64,000 bases of DNA from an uncultured bacterium. GTDB taxonomy: Bacteria > Armatimonadota > Abditibacteriia > Abditibacteriales > Abditibacteriaceae. The notes below the pieces were generated by a model, which did no database searches, had not been told where the DNA came from, and saw nothing but the letters and a program-made list of their open reading frames with translations. Both the position numbers and the translations under genes were made by a program. This document shows, piece by piece, positions 30,788-40,138 of this stretch. The stretch lies in contig CAWJLW010000006.1 of the NCBI GenBank assembly GCA_963843795.1, positions 3,236,375-3,300,374 on the forward strand. The letters run 5' to 3'. The first letter of the stretch is position 1. Each line of letters opens with the position of its first letter.

Positions 30788-31618
30788 ATGGCATCCTGGT
30801 TTTCCAAATGGACGAAATCGCCGCCTGCGCCCGAACAAATCAGCGCAGAATTCCTCGCTTTTGCGCGCCGCGAATTGCCCGATGCAACGTTTGTCGAGAA
30901 AGCGGAGAACGAGATCGAAATTAGCGGACCAAACCTTTCCACTCAAACTTTAGCTCTCGATAAATTGTATCGCCAATGCGCGAAACTTCCCGGCAAAAAA
31001 AGCGCTGAGCGCGAGGAAATTTATCGGCGATGGCTGGGAGTTTTAAACAGCGAAAGCGTGGTTGAAGTTTTTAAAGACGCGCAGTTTGCCAACATCGCCA
31101 GTCGCGTTTATCCCAAAATGGTGGGCGATAGTTTTTTTGAAGGTTTGCGCGCGCACAGCACCGATGGCATCGCGGAAACTCGCGATTCGGTGCCCGGACA
31201 TCTCATCGAAAACACACCGTTTCATCTGGTTTTCGTAATTGATTTTCCCGACCGCGTCGCTTATATTTTGGGGGCGCAGTTGCAACTGTATAAAATCGAT
31301 GCGCAACAATTATTCGCAGCCGCTTTCGATAATGCGCGCCGCTTATTGCCGCGTGAGGAAGGTCGCGATTTGTTGGAAAGCGACGAAGTGAAAATGCTGC
31401 CGTGCGAAGACGGCCATCCCACAGCGCGCTTGTTAATTTTGCCGGAATATCTCGACGACAGCGAAGAATTTGCCGTCGTAATCCCCAGTCAAGACTTGCT
31501 GATGTTGACCGATGTGCCGGGCGACAACAATTGGAATCCGCTGCGTCAATTCGCGCGCCAGAGCGAAGGTTTGCCACAACCATTTCGCGTTAATAAAAAT
31601 GGTTTGACAGCCATGTAA
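30788..31618 (+). CDS. Hypothetical protein (weak resemblance to DUF1444/YtpQ-like proteins)
   Basis: Clean ORF; L..LY, FVID.P...AY and AVVIPSQD.L patterns. Family is tentative. Confidence 0.55.
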   Translation: MASWFSKWTKSPPAPEQISAEFLAFARRELPDATFVEKAENEIEISGPNLSTQTLALDKLYRQCAKLPGKKSAEREEIYRRWLGVLNSESVVEVFKDAQFANIASRVYPKMVGDSFFEGLRAHSTDGIAETRDSVPGHLIENTPFHLVFVIDFPDRVAYILGAQLQLYKIDAQQLFAAAFDNARRLLPREEGRDLLESDEVKMLPCEDGHPTARLLILPEYLDDSEEFAVVIPSQDLLMLTDVPGDNNWNPLRQFARQSEGLPQPFRVNKNGLTAM

Positions 31619-31627
31619 GCTGCGAAA

Positions 31628-32119
31628 GTGCCATCTTTCCCAATTCCGATCCCCGCTGCGATTATGATTATTTTTCTGCCGATTCGCGTGGTCGCATTTG
31701 AAACCGATTTCGCGGGCGTAGTTTCCAACACGCGCTATCTCGAATATATCGAGCGCGGGCGTTATGCCTTGTTGGGTGCAGCGAATTTGAAAGTGACGGA
31801 AATGGCCGCGCAATTTGGCGTGCAACCGGTCGTGCGGCGCGTGGAAATTGATTATCTGGGTTTTGCGCGCCACGAAGACGACTTGGTTTTGCGAATTGAA
31901 AACAGCGAAATGGGACGTGCGTCGAGTGTTCTGGAATATGAACTGACGCGCGCAGAAGATGACGCGGTTTTGATGCGGGCGCGGCAAACGCTGGTTTTCG
32001 TGAACGAGCGTTGGAAAGCGGCACGCGTGCCAGATTGGTTTCGACTGGCACTCGGTACAAACGCGGCGCAAGTACTTGCAGAAGGCGAAACAGATAATTC
32101 GCAGAGTGAAAATCAATGA
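31628..32119 (+). CDS. Acyl-CoA thioesterase (YbgC/FadM hotdog fold)
   Basis: ETDFAGVVSNTRYLEYIERGR, EIDY...AR..D.L; start uncertain. Confidence 0.85.
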   Translation: MPSFPIPIPAAIMIIFLPIRVVAFETDFAGVVSNTRYLEYIERGRYALLGAANLKVTEMAAQFGVQPVVRRVEIDYLGFARHEDDLVLRIENSEMGRASSVLEYELTRAEDDAVLMRARQTLVFVNERWKAARVPDWFRLALGTNAAQVLAEGETDNSQSENQ

Positions 32120-33162
32120 AACGACGTGAATTTTTGGGCGCGCTGGGCGCGGTCGCCACAATTGGAACAACTGGCTGCCGACGCGACAATTCAAGCGCTA
32201 CGGTTAACAAGCCAAACGCAGACAACAGAGTTTCTGACCCTAAAAACCGCACAGGTGCGAGCGGGCGCGTGGTGGTTTATTGTTCGGTCGATGATGTTTA
32301 TGCGCGTCCGATTCTGGCTTCAATTGAAAAGCGCACGGGTTTGAAAATCGACGTGCTTTACGATACAGAAGCCGCGAAAACGGCGGGTTTGGCGAACAAG
32401 CTGCGAGCGGAAAAGGCGCGACCGCGCGGCGATGTGTTTTGGAGTTCGGCACTTTTGCAAACTTTGCTGCTGGGCAGCGAAGGCTTGTTGCAACAATATC
32501 AATCGCATTCGACCATCAATTTGTCGAACAGTTTACAGGCGGGCAATAATTTATGGACGGCGGTTGGCGTGCGCCGCCGCGTAATTGTCGCGCACTCGAG
32601 CGTAAAAAATCCGCCGCGCGAATTGAAAGCATTGTTGGAGCCGCGTTGGCGCACGATGGTTGGCATTTCCAATCCGCAATTTGGCACGGCGTCCGATTGG
32701 GTGGCGGCGCTGGGCACGCGCTGGGGCATTGACAAAACGTGGCGCTTTTTCGATTTACTCAAGCGCAACGACGTTCGCGTTTTGGCGGGCAATTCAGTTG
32801 TAGCGCAACAGGTGGCGCGCGGCGAATTGCTGGTGGGCGTCACCGATAGCGACGATTATTTTGCCACGCACAAAGAAAATCCGGACTTGAAGTTGGTGAG
32901 CGCTTTGCCGCCTGCGGAAATCAATTCGATTATTGTGCCCGGTAGCGCTGCGATTCTCAGTGGCGCGCCGCATCCTAAAGCCGCGCGCCAATTTTTGGAT
33001 TCGCTGCTTGATGCGAGCATCGAACTTCAACTTTCTCAAGCCATGCCCGGCGTCATCGCACCGCGCGCGCAGAAGAATTTCACTATGCCCAACGACAGCG
33101 CGCACTGGGTCGCGGCGTGGAACAAGTTGCGCGATCCGCTGGCGGAAATTTTGTTGTCGTGA
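32116..33162 (+). CDS. ABC transporter substrate-binding lipoprotein (Fe3+/FbpA-like)
   Basis: Twin-arginine lipoprotein signal MKRREFL...TTGC; VVVYCSVD, DTEAAKT.GL, AEKARP.GDVFW, NPQFGT and TDSDD. Confidence 0.85.
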   Translation: MKRREFLGALGAVATIGTTGCRRDNSSATVNKPNADNRVSDPKNRTGASGRVVVYCSVDDVYARPILASIEKRTGLKIDVLYDTEAAKTAGLANKLRAEKARPRGDVFWSSALLQTLLLGSEGLLQQYQSHSTINLSNSLQAGNNLWTAVGVRRRVIVAHSSVKNPPRELKALLEPRWRTMVGISNPQFGTASDWVAALGTRWGIDKTWRFFDLLKRNDVRVLAGNSVVAQQVARGELLVGVTDSDDYFATHKENPDLKLVSALPPAEINSIIVPGSAAILSGAPHPKAARQFLDSLLDASIELQLSQAMPGVIAPRAQKNFTMPNDSAHWVAAWNKLRDPLAEILLS

Positions 33163-33186
33163 GGACGCTGCAAGTACTTGCTTTCT

Positions 33187-34857
33187 ATGAAATCGCTGTC
33201 GCGCGCCCTTTCCATTTGCTGTGTCGCCGTTTTTCTGTTCTGGTTGTGGACACCATTTTTGGAACTGGGACGCGCCTGCCTGCAAGTACTTGCAGTTGCA
33301 CCACAACGCATTGTCGAAGCCACACCGTTGCATGGCGTGGCGCGGGCGATGTTTTGGGATACGCTGCATTTATCGTTTCTCACCACCATTTTCGCCCTTG
33401 TTTTCGGCGTCATCTGCGCGCTCGCTATCGCGCGCGGTCCGCGACAATTCCAATTCGCCGCGCTGATTTTATCGGCACTTCCGCTCGCGTTACCACCGGC
33501 TTTGGGCGCGACGGCTTGGCTGGAATGGACGCGCACGCCACCCCTGCGCGCGCTGGCTTCTCTGGGAGGCGCGCGCACCAATTTCGCGCCTGCATGGTCG
33601 CAAATGTGGGTCACTGCGCTGGTTTTGGGATGCTGCTTTTTTCCACTTGTCGCGCTGCCCATTGGCGCTGTTTTGCGCGCTCTGCCACGCCAGTGGGAAG
33701 AATCGGCGCGCAATTTAGGCGGCAATTGGCTGCAATGGCGTTTGGCGTTGTGGCCGTTGTTGTGGCCAGCTCTGGCGGCTTCGTGCGGCGCGGTCGCGTG
33801 CCTCGCTATGTGGGAGATGGGCGCGCCCGATTTGCTCGACATCAAAACCTATTCGGTGCAGATTTACCGCGATTTATCCGCGCCCGATGCGCTCGATCCC
33901 GATGGCAAAGCCATTAAAGCCGCGTTGGCTGCTCTGCCCGCGTGCGTTCTGGCGTGGCTGGCGTTGTGGCCCGCGCGCCATTTCACACGCAAAAATCAGA
34001 ATTTTGCGAGCAACTCATCCAGCGATGAAACGCGAAACTCGACGCCGCGCGATGGGAAATTGGCCACTTTTGGCGCGCTGGGAATTTGGGGCGTGGCGAT
34101 TGTCGCGCCGGTTGGCGTTTTTCTATCGCAAATCGGACTGAGCGGTGGGGAAGTGTGGGCGCGCGTGTGGGAAAGCAACGAACGGGAAATTATCAATTCG
34201 GTTTTGCTGGCCGCGTTGGGCACGTTTTTCATTGTAGTCTTCAGCGCGCTTTTGGTGGGCGCGTGGAACCATTGGCCGCGCGCGTGGGCCAATCGCGCGC
34301 GCGATATCGCGATTGCGCCGCTTCTTATCGCGCCGATTCTGGTCGGCGTGGCTTTGATTGGGTGTTACAATCGGCCCGGTTGGGATTGGCTTTACGCTGG
34401 CCCACCGCCAACCGGAAATGCAACACTCGATGAAATTGGTGCATGGATCGCGCGTTACGGATTGATGATTATCGGCTATATCACGCGCTTTTTGCCGATT
34501 GGCGTGTGGCTTTTGGATGCCTTTGCGCGCGGAGATGATACAAATTTGGAAGAAGCGGCGCAGAACTTGGGCGCGAACGGTTGGCAGGTCGCGCGCGATA
34601 TTCGTTGGAAATTGTGGCGTCCGGCGTTGGTCGGAATCGCGGCATTAGTGTGGGCGCTGTGTGCAGGCGAACTTTCGACATCGGTGTTAATTAATGCGCC
34701 GGGCGGTCAAACTCTGCCGGTTCCGGTTTTCAATTTGATGCACATCGGCTCGACGCGCGAAGTCGCCGCGCTCTCGCTGACTTTGCTCGCGTTGTGTGCC
34801 AGTTCGATCATCGTAACGGCCATTATTTGGCGTTGGAAATTGAGGAGAAACCAATGA
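33187..34857 (+). CDS. ABC transporter permease (FbpB-like, two TM domains)
   Basis: Two EAA loops (WEESARNLGG, LEEAAQNLGA). Confidence 0.87.
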   Translation: MKSLSRALSICCVAVFLFWLWTPFLELGRACLQVLAVAPQRIVEATPLHGVARAMFWDTLHLSFLTTIFALVFGVICALAIARGPRQFQFAALILSALPLALPPALGATAWLEWTRTPPLRALASLGGARTNFAPAWSQMWVTALVLGCCFFPLVALPIGAVLRALPRQWEESARNLGGNWLQWRLALWPLLWPALAASCGAVACLAMWEMGAPDLLDIKTYSVQIYRDLSAPDALDPDGKAIKAALAALPACVLAWLALWPARHFTRKNQNFASNSSSDETRNSTPRDGKLATFGALGIWGVAIVAPVGVFLSQIGLSGGEVWARVWESNEREIINSVLLAALGTFFIVVFSALLVGAWNHWPRAWANRARDIAIAPLLIAPILVGVALIGCYNRPGWDWLYAGPPPTGNATLDEIGAWIARYGLMIIGYITRFLPIGVWLLDAFARGDDTNLEEAAQNLGANGWQVARDIRWKLWRPALVGIAALVWALCAGELSTSVLINAPGGQTLPVPVFNLMHIGSTREVAALSLTLLALCASSIIVTAIIWRWKLRRNQ

Positions 34858-35561
34858 GCGCGGATGAAAAATGGGCATCTGTCGATGAATTGTGGCGACA
34901 ACGCGGCGAGAGTTCGGCGTTGCAAACTTACGGCGACACACTGACGCAATGGGAATCGGAAGCCAACAGCAACGACGATTTCGAACTCTTGTGGCGTGTG
35001 GCGCGCTGGGAGCATTTTCGCGCCCTGCAAGTACTTGCCGATGAAACTCGCGACAACGTCAGCGCCCGACCTTATCTCGAAAACGGGGCCAAGTGTGCTG
35101 CGCGCGCGCAGGAATTGGAGCGCCATCGCGTCGAGGGTTGGTTTTGGAACGGCGTTTGTGCCTTAGAAGCCGCGCGTTTGGCTGGCACGTTCGCATCTGC
35201 GCGCGCGTTGCCCAAAGCTACACGCCACATCGAACGCGCGATGGCGATAGATGAAAGCTATCATTGGGCCGGGCCGTTACGTGTCTTTGGCCGCATCACG
35301 CATTTCAAGCCGCTGATGCTGGGCGGCAGCCTCGACCGCGCTTTAGACCTTTATCGTCGCGCCCTGCAAATCGCGCCCGATAATTCGACCAATTTGATCT
35401 ATTATTCCGAAGCGCTTTTGGCCGATCAGCAAAATGCCCTGGCGCGCCAAACTTTAAATCAAATCATCAGCACACCCGACGATCCTGAATGGCTGTGGGA
35501 ACAAACGCGCGACCGTCGTTTGGCTGCGAAAATGATCGAAAATATGAATCGCGCGTTATGA
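34854..35561 (+). CDS. TPR-repeat protein (TatT/RMD-like)
   Basis: ELLWRVAR, VEGWFW.G, ERAMAIDESY..AGPLR..GR and ALQIAPDN; start overlaps the permease stop. Confidence 0.65.
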   Translation: MSADEKWASVDELWRQRGESSALQTYGDTLTQWESEANSNDDFELLWRVARWEHFRALQVLADETRDNVSARPYLENGAKCAARAQELERHRVEGWFWNGVCALEAARLAGTFASARALPKATRHIERAMAIDESYHWAGPLRVFGRITHFKPLMLGGSLDRALDLYRRALQIAPDNSTNLIYYSEALLADQQNALARQTLNQIISTPDDPEWLWEQTRDRRLAAKMIENMNRAL

Positions 35562-35624
35562 ATTTGACTGTTAAATTACGGAAATATTCTTTACAATACA
35601 CAAAATTTCCAAAAACGCTGATTT

Positions 35625-36194
35625 ATGAAAAGTAGCAAAACAATGGTTGTCGTTAGCTTGGTTTCGGTGGTGGTGATGCTGACGGTAGTTTGGTTTTTTG
35701 GACGTCGTTCGACAGCCGTTGATGTCGGCAGAGGCTATCAAGTGCCCACGCTGTCGGGCTGGCAAAAGGACGACAGCGCAGTGGGCAACGAAGCAATTTC
35801 CGCTCGGACTTTCCGCCAGAAAGTGGACGGAACATCCATCATGGTGAAATTCGTTTTGATGCCGCCAAGTTCGCGCGCCGACACTGCCGCCGACTTAGCT
35901 AAAAGCGCTCAAGACACGTTTCGTCTCAACGCGAAAATGGGCTTGAACGAACAAGTTTTGCTGTCAAAGGCCACGTCCTATCGCGGCCATCCCGCTTATC
36001 TGACCAAAACGCTGAAGAATAAAAACGGCATTGCAGTGGAAACGCAAATTCTGCGCGTGGCCGACGGCAAAAATCAATTCTGGTTCTGGCAGTCGCTTTC
36101 GGGCCAACCAATTTCTGCCGAAGCTCGCACCGTTGCCGGCCAAGCGTGGCAAACGCTGACCAACGATTTGCAGGGCGTCGCGAAAGCCGGGTAA
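35625..36194 (+). CDS. Hypothetical membrane-anchored protein
   Basis: N-terminal TM segment; 189 aa. Confidence 0.65.
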   Translation: MKSSKTMVVVSLVSVVVMLTVVWFFGRRSTAVDVGRGYQVPTLSGWQKDDSAVGNEAISARTFRQKVDGTSIMVKFVLMPPSSRADTAADLAKSAQDTFRLNAKMGLNEQVLLSKATSYRGHPAYLTKTLKNKNGIAVETQILRVADGKNQFWFWQSLSGQPISAEARTVAGQAWQTLTNDLQGVAKAG

Positions 36195-36223
36195 AACATA
36201 AGTTTCTACTTCTTGGAAGCGTC

Positions 36224-36324
36224 ATAGGGCGTGGATCTCTGGCCCGTGCTGTTACGCGCGGCTTGAGTTCTTTTGATAATCGATTCTTAATTTCGACAGG
36301 GCGGGTCGGAGACCCGCGCCCTAC
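36224..36324. repeat. REPIN-like inverted pair of GTAG-type REP units
   Basis: atagggcgtggatctctggcccgtgc (+, degenerate) and gtagggcgcgggtctccgacccgccc (-, 36299-36324); same family as 58804-58906. Confidence 0.7.
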
Positions 36325-36474
36325 GAAAGCTATCCCACGATTAAGTTGTTTGTCGGGGTGTCGATTTTCCCTCTGCAAGTACTTGCAGCGCGTTTTGTGC
36401 TGTTTTGGGGCAACCGCAGCGGTACGAGCGTTGTCCATAATCCATTCTACAACGCGTTTTAAAGGAGAAATTTT

Positions 36475-37674
36475 ATGATACAATGCCCCAAGATTTGGAG
36501 CGGCGCGGCAATTTTAACCCTTGCGCTGGGTTTGTCGCTGTGGTCAGCGCAAAATGGCTGCGCGCAGATTCAAGAAGGGCCTGCCGCGCCCGTGATGAAA
36601 TTGGATGAAAGAAGCCCGGTGATGGACAAAGCTGCGCAGGGCAAAATGTTCAGCAATCCATTGATTAAAAGTGGGGCGGCGGCGGCTGACCCGTATATGA
36701 CGCTGCACAATGGCTGGTATTATCTCAGCTTCACGACCGGTGGCAGCGTCGATGTGTGGGCTTCGCGTAGCATGGTCGATTGGAGCAATGCGCGCAAAAA
36801 AACGCTGTGGCGCAAACCCGAAACCGGCGCGATGTCGCGCGACATCTGGGCACCGGAAATTCATTTTCTCGATGGCAAATGGTACGCGTACTTCACCGCG
36901 ACCGATGACGCACCCAACAACGATCCGCGCCGCCGCACTTATGTTCTGGAAAGCGACGGCGATGATATTTTCGGCAGCTACACGGTGCGGGGACAAATCA
37001 AAGCCACCGATGCCGATGAATATGCCATCGACGGCAGCATTTTTAATTACAAAGACAAGCGTTATTTCATCTGGTCGGGCCGCGAAGATTCCGCGCGCGG
37101 GCCGCAGCGCATTTACATCGCGCCAATGAGCAATCCGTGGACGATTTCCGGCCCGCGCGTCGAGCTTTCCAAGCCCGATTACGATTGGGAAAAGCACGGT
37201 TGGGAAGTCAATGAAGGCCCGACAATTCTTTCCTACGGCGGTCGCAACTGGTTGATTTATTCGGCTTCAGGCGCGGCCACACCGTTTTACGCGCTGGGCC
37301 AACTCGAACTCAAAGGCGACGACCCCCTCATTGCCGCGAACTGGGAAAAATCGAAAGAGCCAGTTTTCAAGATGAACGACGACCCGCAAGGCGGCGCTTA
37401 CACGGTCGGTCACGGCAGTTTCGTTTCTTCGCCTGATGGCACGGAAATTTGGAACATTTATCATGGCAAAGATATTCGCGAAAACAACTGGAACGAGCGC
37501 ACCATGCGCGCCGATCCAGTACGCTGGCGCTTGAACGGCGAGCCATATTTCGGCACGCCCACGCCGCGCGACATTCTGATACCGGTGCCTTCGGGAACTC
37601 TGCCGTTACCGCCCGCCATGCAGCCCGTCGTCAAATCGCAAACCACCAGAAGTCGCGCAAAAGCACAACGCTAA
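36475..37674 (+). CDS. Secreted glycoside hydrolase family 43 (arabinofuranosidase/xylosidase-like)
   Basis: ADP, WAPEIH..DGKWY, AID, WSG, VNEGP, YSAS and GH.SF motifs. Confidence 0.92.
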   Translation: MIQCPKIWSGAAILTLALGLSLWSAQNGCAQIQEGPAAPVMKLDERSPVMDKAAQGKMFSNPLIKSGAAAADPYMTLHNGWYYLSFTTGGSVDVWASRSMVDWSNARKKTLWRKPETGAMSRDIWAPEIHFLDGKWYAYFTATDDAPNNDPRRRTYVLESDGDDIFGSYTVRGQIKATDADEYAIDGSIFNYKDKRYFIWSGREDSARGPQRIYIAPMSNPWTISGPRVELSKPDYDWEKHGWEVNEGPTILSYGGRNWLIYSASGAATPFYALGQLELKGDDPLIAANWEKSKEPVFKMNDDPQGGAYTVGHGSFVSSPDGTEIWNIYHGKDIRENNWNERTMRADPVRWRLNGEPYFGTPTPRDILIPVPSGTLPLPPAMQPVVKSQTTRSRAKAQR

Positions 37675-37682
37675 AAGCTTAT

Positions 37683-37743
37683 TTTCTCTTAGTTGAACGC
37701 CCGCAAATACTGGCAGTATTTGCGGGCGTTCAACTAAGAGAAA
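37683..37743. repeat. 61-bp inverted repeat (30-bp perfect arms, 1-nt centre)
   Basis: tttctcttagttgaacgcccgcaaatactg-g-cagtatttgcgggcgttcaactaagagaaa. Confidence 0.9.
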
Positions 37744-37760
37744 CTCTGCGTCACAAGATT

Positions 37761-38435
37761 ATGAATTTTTCTCGCCAAAGCGCTCGATTGGGTGCCAAAC
37801 GCATTTATGAGCGCCTGTTCGGATTGTGGATGAATCAACATCCGCGCGCCATGCGGCGCGCGATGCGTGGTTGCGATTCGCTGCTCGATGTGGGCTGTGG
37901 CGACGATTCGCCGCTGCAAGTTTTCACGCCGCAAATCGCGCACAGTGTTGGCGTCGATGCATGGCAACCGTCGATTGTAAAAAGCCGCGCGCGCGGCATT
38001 CACGACGAATATGTATGCTGCGATGTCGGCGCGTTAAGCCAAAACTTCGCGCCCAATTCGTTCGATTGCGTGGCCGCGAGCGATTTAATCGAGCATCTCG
38101 AACCCGCTGCTGGTTTGCGTTTATTGGACGATATGGAAGCCATCGCCCGTAAGCGCGTGATGATTTTTACGCCCAACGGCTTTCTGCCGCAAGAACCTTA
38201 CGACGGCAACGAATTTCAACGCCACTTATCCGGCTGGACGCCAGAAATTATGCGCGCGCGCGGCTACGAAGTCCTCGGCATCAATGGCTGGCGACCGTTG
38301 CGCGGCGAACGCACCGCCATTCGCTTTCAACCGCGTGCGCTGTGGGAACCGATTTCGCTCGTTTCTCAGCCCTTCGTGCATCATCGCCCGCATTTGGCGT
38401 ATCAGATTTTGTGCGTAAAATATTTACGGCGTTAA
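37761..38435 (+). CDS. Class I SAM-dependent methyltransferase
   Basis: LLDVGCG, SFDCV...DLIEHL and IFTPNGF. Start moved to the ATG at 37761. Confidence 0.88.
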   Translation: MNFSRQSARLGAKRIYERLFGLWMNQHPRAMRRAMRGCDSLLDVGCGDDSPLQVFTPQIAHSVGVDAWQPSIVKSRARGIHDEYVCCDVGALSQNFAPNSFDCVAASDLIEHLEPAAGLRLLDDMEAIARKRVMIFTPNGFLPQEPYDGNEFQRHLSGWTPEIMRARGYEVLGINGWRPLRGERTAIRFQPRALWEPISLVSQPFVHHRPHLAYQILCVKYLRR

Positions 38436-39184
38436 TTCGAACGCGCGCGTTTTTGCAGCAATTTGACGCGCGCATCTTTTAAAGCGCGCGGCATCAGCAA
38501 TTCCAAGCGGCGCAGCAGCCACGCATCCCAGCCCAAGCGCTGGCGAATCAGGCGCATTTTGTCGCGCTCGAACGCTTCATCGCGCACGGTTTTCGATAAG
38601 CCGCGACCTTCGTAATCGCACAGAATCTCGGGCAGATAAATTTTCTCGATTTCAGCATCACCCCAGCATTTGAGTTGAAACGCATAATCGGCGGAAACCG
38701 GGTATCCGATTTCGTAGCCACCAAGTTTCTGAAAGACGCGGCGATTGTAAAAAATCGCTTGATGGCTCGGCACCCAGCTGCGCAATTTGCGCCGCGAAAA
38801 TGCGCCGCCGTAGCGAAATTCTTCCTCGCATAACCACGCATCGCCGTAAATCAGCGCCAATTTGCCGCGTTTCTCTGCTGCAAGTACTTGCAACGCCGAT
38901 AATGCACCACTACGCAGAATATCGCCCGCGCCGAAGAACGCCAGCCAATCGCCGCGCGAGTTTTCGATGCCGCGATTCATCGCATCGTAAATTCCATTAT
39001 CCGGCGCGCTTTGCCACCGCAAATCGCTTTGGGTTTGAAGAAATGGCAGCGTTTCATCAGTCGAAGCGCCGTCTTGCACCACGATTTCCACATCCGCGAA
39101 ATTCTGCGCGCGAATTGAATCGAGCGTTAAACGCAGTTTGTCGCTGGCGTTGAAAGTCGGAATGATGATCGAGAAAAGTGGCAT
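38432..39184 (-). CDS. Glycosyltransferase family 2 (WcaE-like)
   Basis: FSIIIPTFN, DGASTD, PDNGIYDAMNRG and HQAIFY. Confidence 0.92.
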   Translation of the reverse strand: MPLFSIIIPTFNASDKLRLTLDSIRAQNFADVEIVVQDGASTDETLPFLQTQSDLRWQSAPDNGIYDAMNRGIENSRGDWLAFFGAGDILRSGALSALQVLAAEKRGKLALIYGDAWLCEEEFRYGGAFSRRKLRSWVPSHQAIFYNRRVFQKLGGYEIGYPVSADYAFQLKCWGDAEIEKIYLPEILCDYEGRGLSKTVRDEAFERDKMRLIRQRLGWDAWLLRRLELLMPRALKDARVKLLQKRARSN

Positions 39185-39196
39185 GGCGAAGATTGA

Positions 39197-40135
39197 TTAA
39201 AACGGGCGCGCGTCGCGTTTCAACAAGCGCAGCACGATGTAAAGCCATTGCGCGGTGAAAATCGAAAACGGGAAACGCAGCGCGGCGATAGCAATTTGAC
39301 GCCGCACTTCGCGCCAATCGCTTTGGCCGATGGCGCGCCGCGCCTTTTGATAAGGCCGCACGCTTTTCAAGAAATACGCCTGTCCGACCACATTCCACAG
39401 CACGCGCGGGCGTTTCCACAACGCGGGCCAATGTTTAATCAAAGCGCGCTGTGATGCGCGCCACATCAGTTCTTCATCATTGGATTGGTTATCGTCGTGC
39501 CACGCGTAATCGAGCAACGTTTCGTTCAAAAACACGAACGGATAGCGGCGCGCCAAACGCAGCCAGCAATCCCAATCGTCCGAAGGTTGAGTGTGCGCAT
39601 CGAAACCACCAATAGCGCGCAATTTTTCGGTGCGGATCAGCGGCACGCTGGCCGAAAGCAAGACGTTTGTGGGAACGAAATCATCGAAAACCATTCCGCT
39701 GCGACCGCGCCAGAACGTTTGATCGAACAAGCGTTTACCAACCGCGCGCTCACTGCCATCGGCCTCGATTTCGCGCCACAAGCACCAGCACAAAGCCGCT
39801 TGCGGCGCGCTTTGCAGCGCGGCCAACTGGCGTTCCAATTTGGGCGGGTGCCAGATGTCATCGTGGTCTAAAAACGCCACGAATTCCCCATGCACTTCCT
39901 GCAAACCTCGATTGCGCGCACCCGCCACACCCGCGTTTTGCTGTCGAATCACGCGCAAATTTTCGCGGCGCGCATAGTGATTTTCTATCCAGCTCGCCGT
40001 GTCATCGGTCGAGCCATCATCGACGACGAGAATTTCCAGCGGCGCGTGGGTTTGTGCCAGCACGCTATCCAACGTGGGTGCAATGAGGCTATGACGATTG
40101 AAAGTCGTGACCACAACAGAAACGGAAGCGTTCAT
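39197..40135 (-). CDS. Glycosyltransferase family 2
   Basis: VVDDGSTD, NAGVAGARNRG, FLDHDD and DDWDCWLRLA. Confidence 0.93.
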   Translation of the reverse strand: MNASVSVVVTTFNRHSLIAPTLDSVLAQTHAPLEILVVDDGSTDDTASWIENHYARRENLRVIRQQNAGVAGARNRGLQEVHGEFVAFLDHDDIWHPPKLERQLAALQSAPQAALCWCLWREIEADGSERAVGKRLFDQTFWRGRSGMVFDDFVPTNVLLSASVPLIRTEKLRAIGGFDAHTQPSDDWDCWLRLARRYPFVFLNETLLDYAWHDDNQSNDEELMWRASQRALIKHWPALWKRPRVLWNVVGQAYFLKSVRPYQKARRAIGQSDWREVRRQIAIAALRFPFSIFTAQWLYIVLRLLKRDARPF

Positions 40136-40138
40136 AAA

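Noticed and set aside
37449..37760. N-terminal extension of the methyltransferase ORF from 37449
   Set aside because: It overlaps the GH43 gene and runs through the 61-bp inverted repeat; the ATG at 37761 is more plausible.
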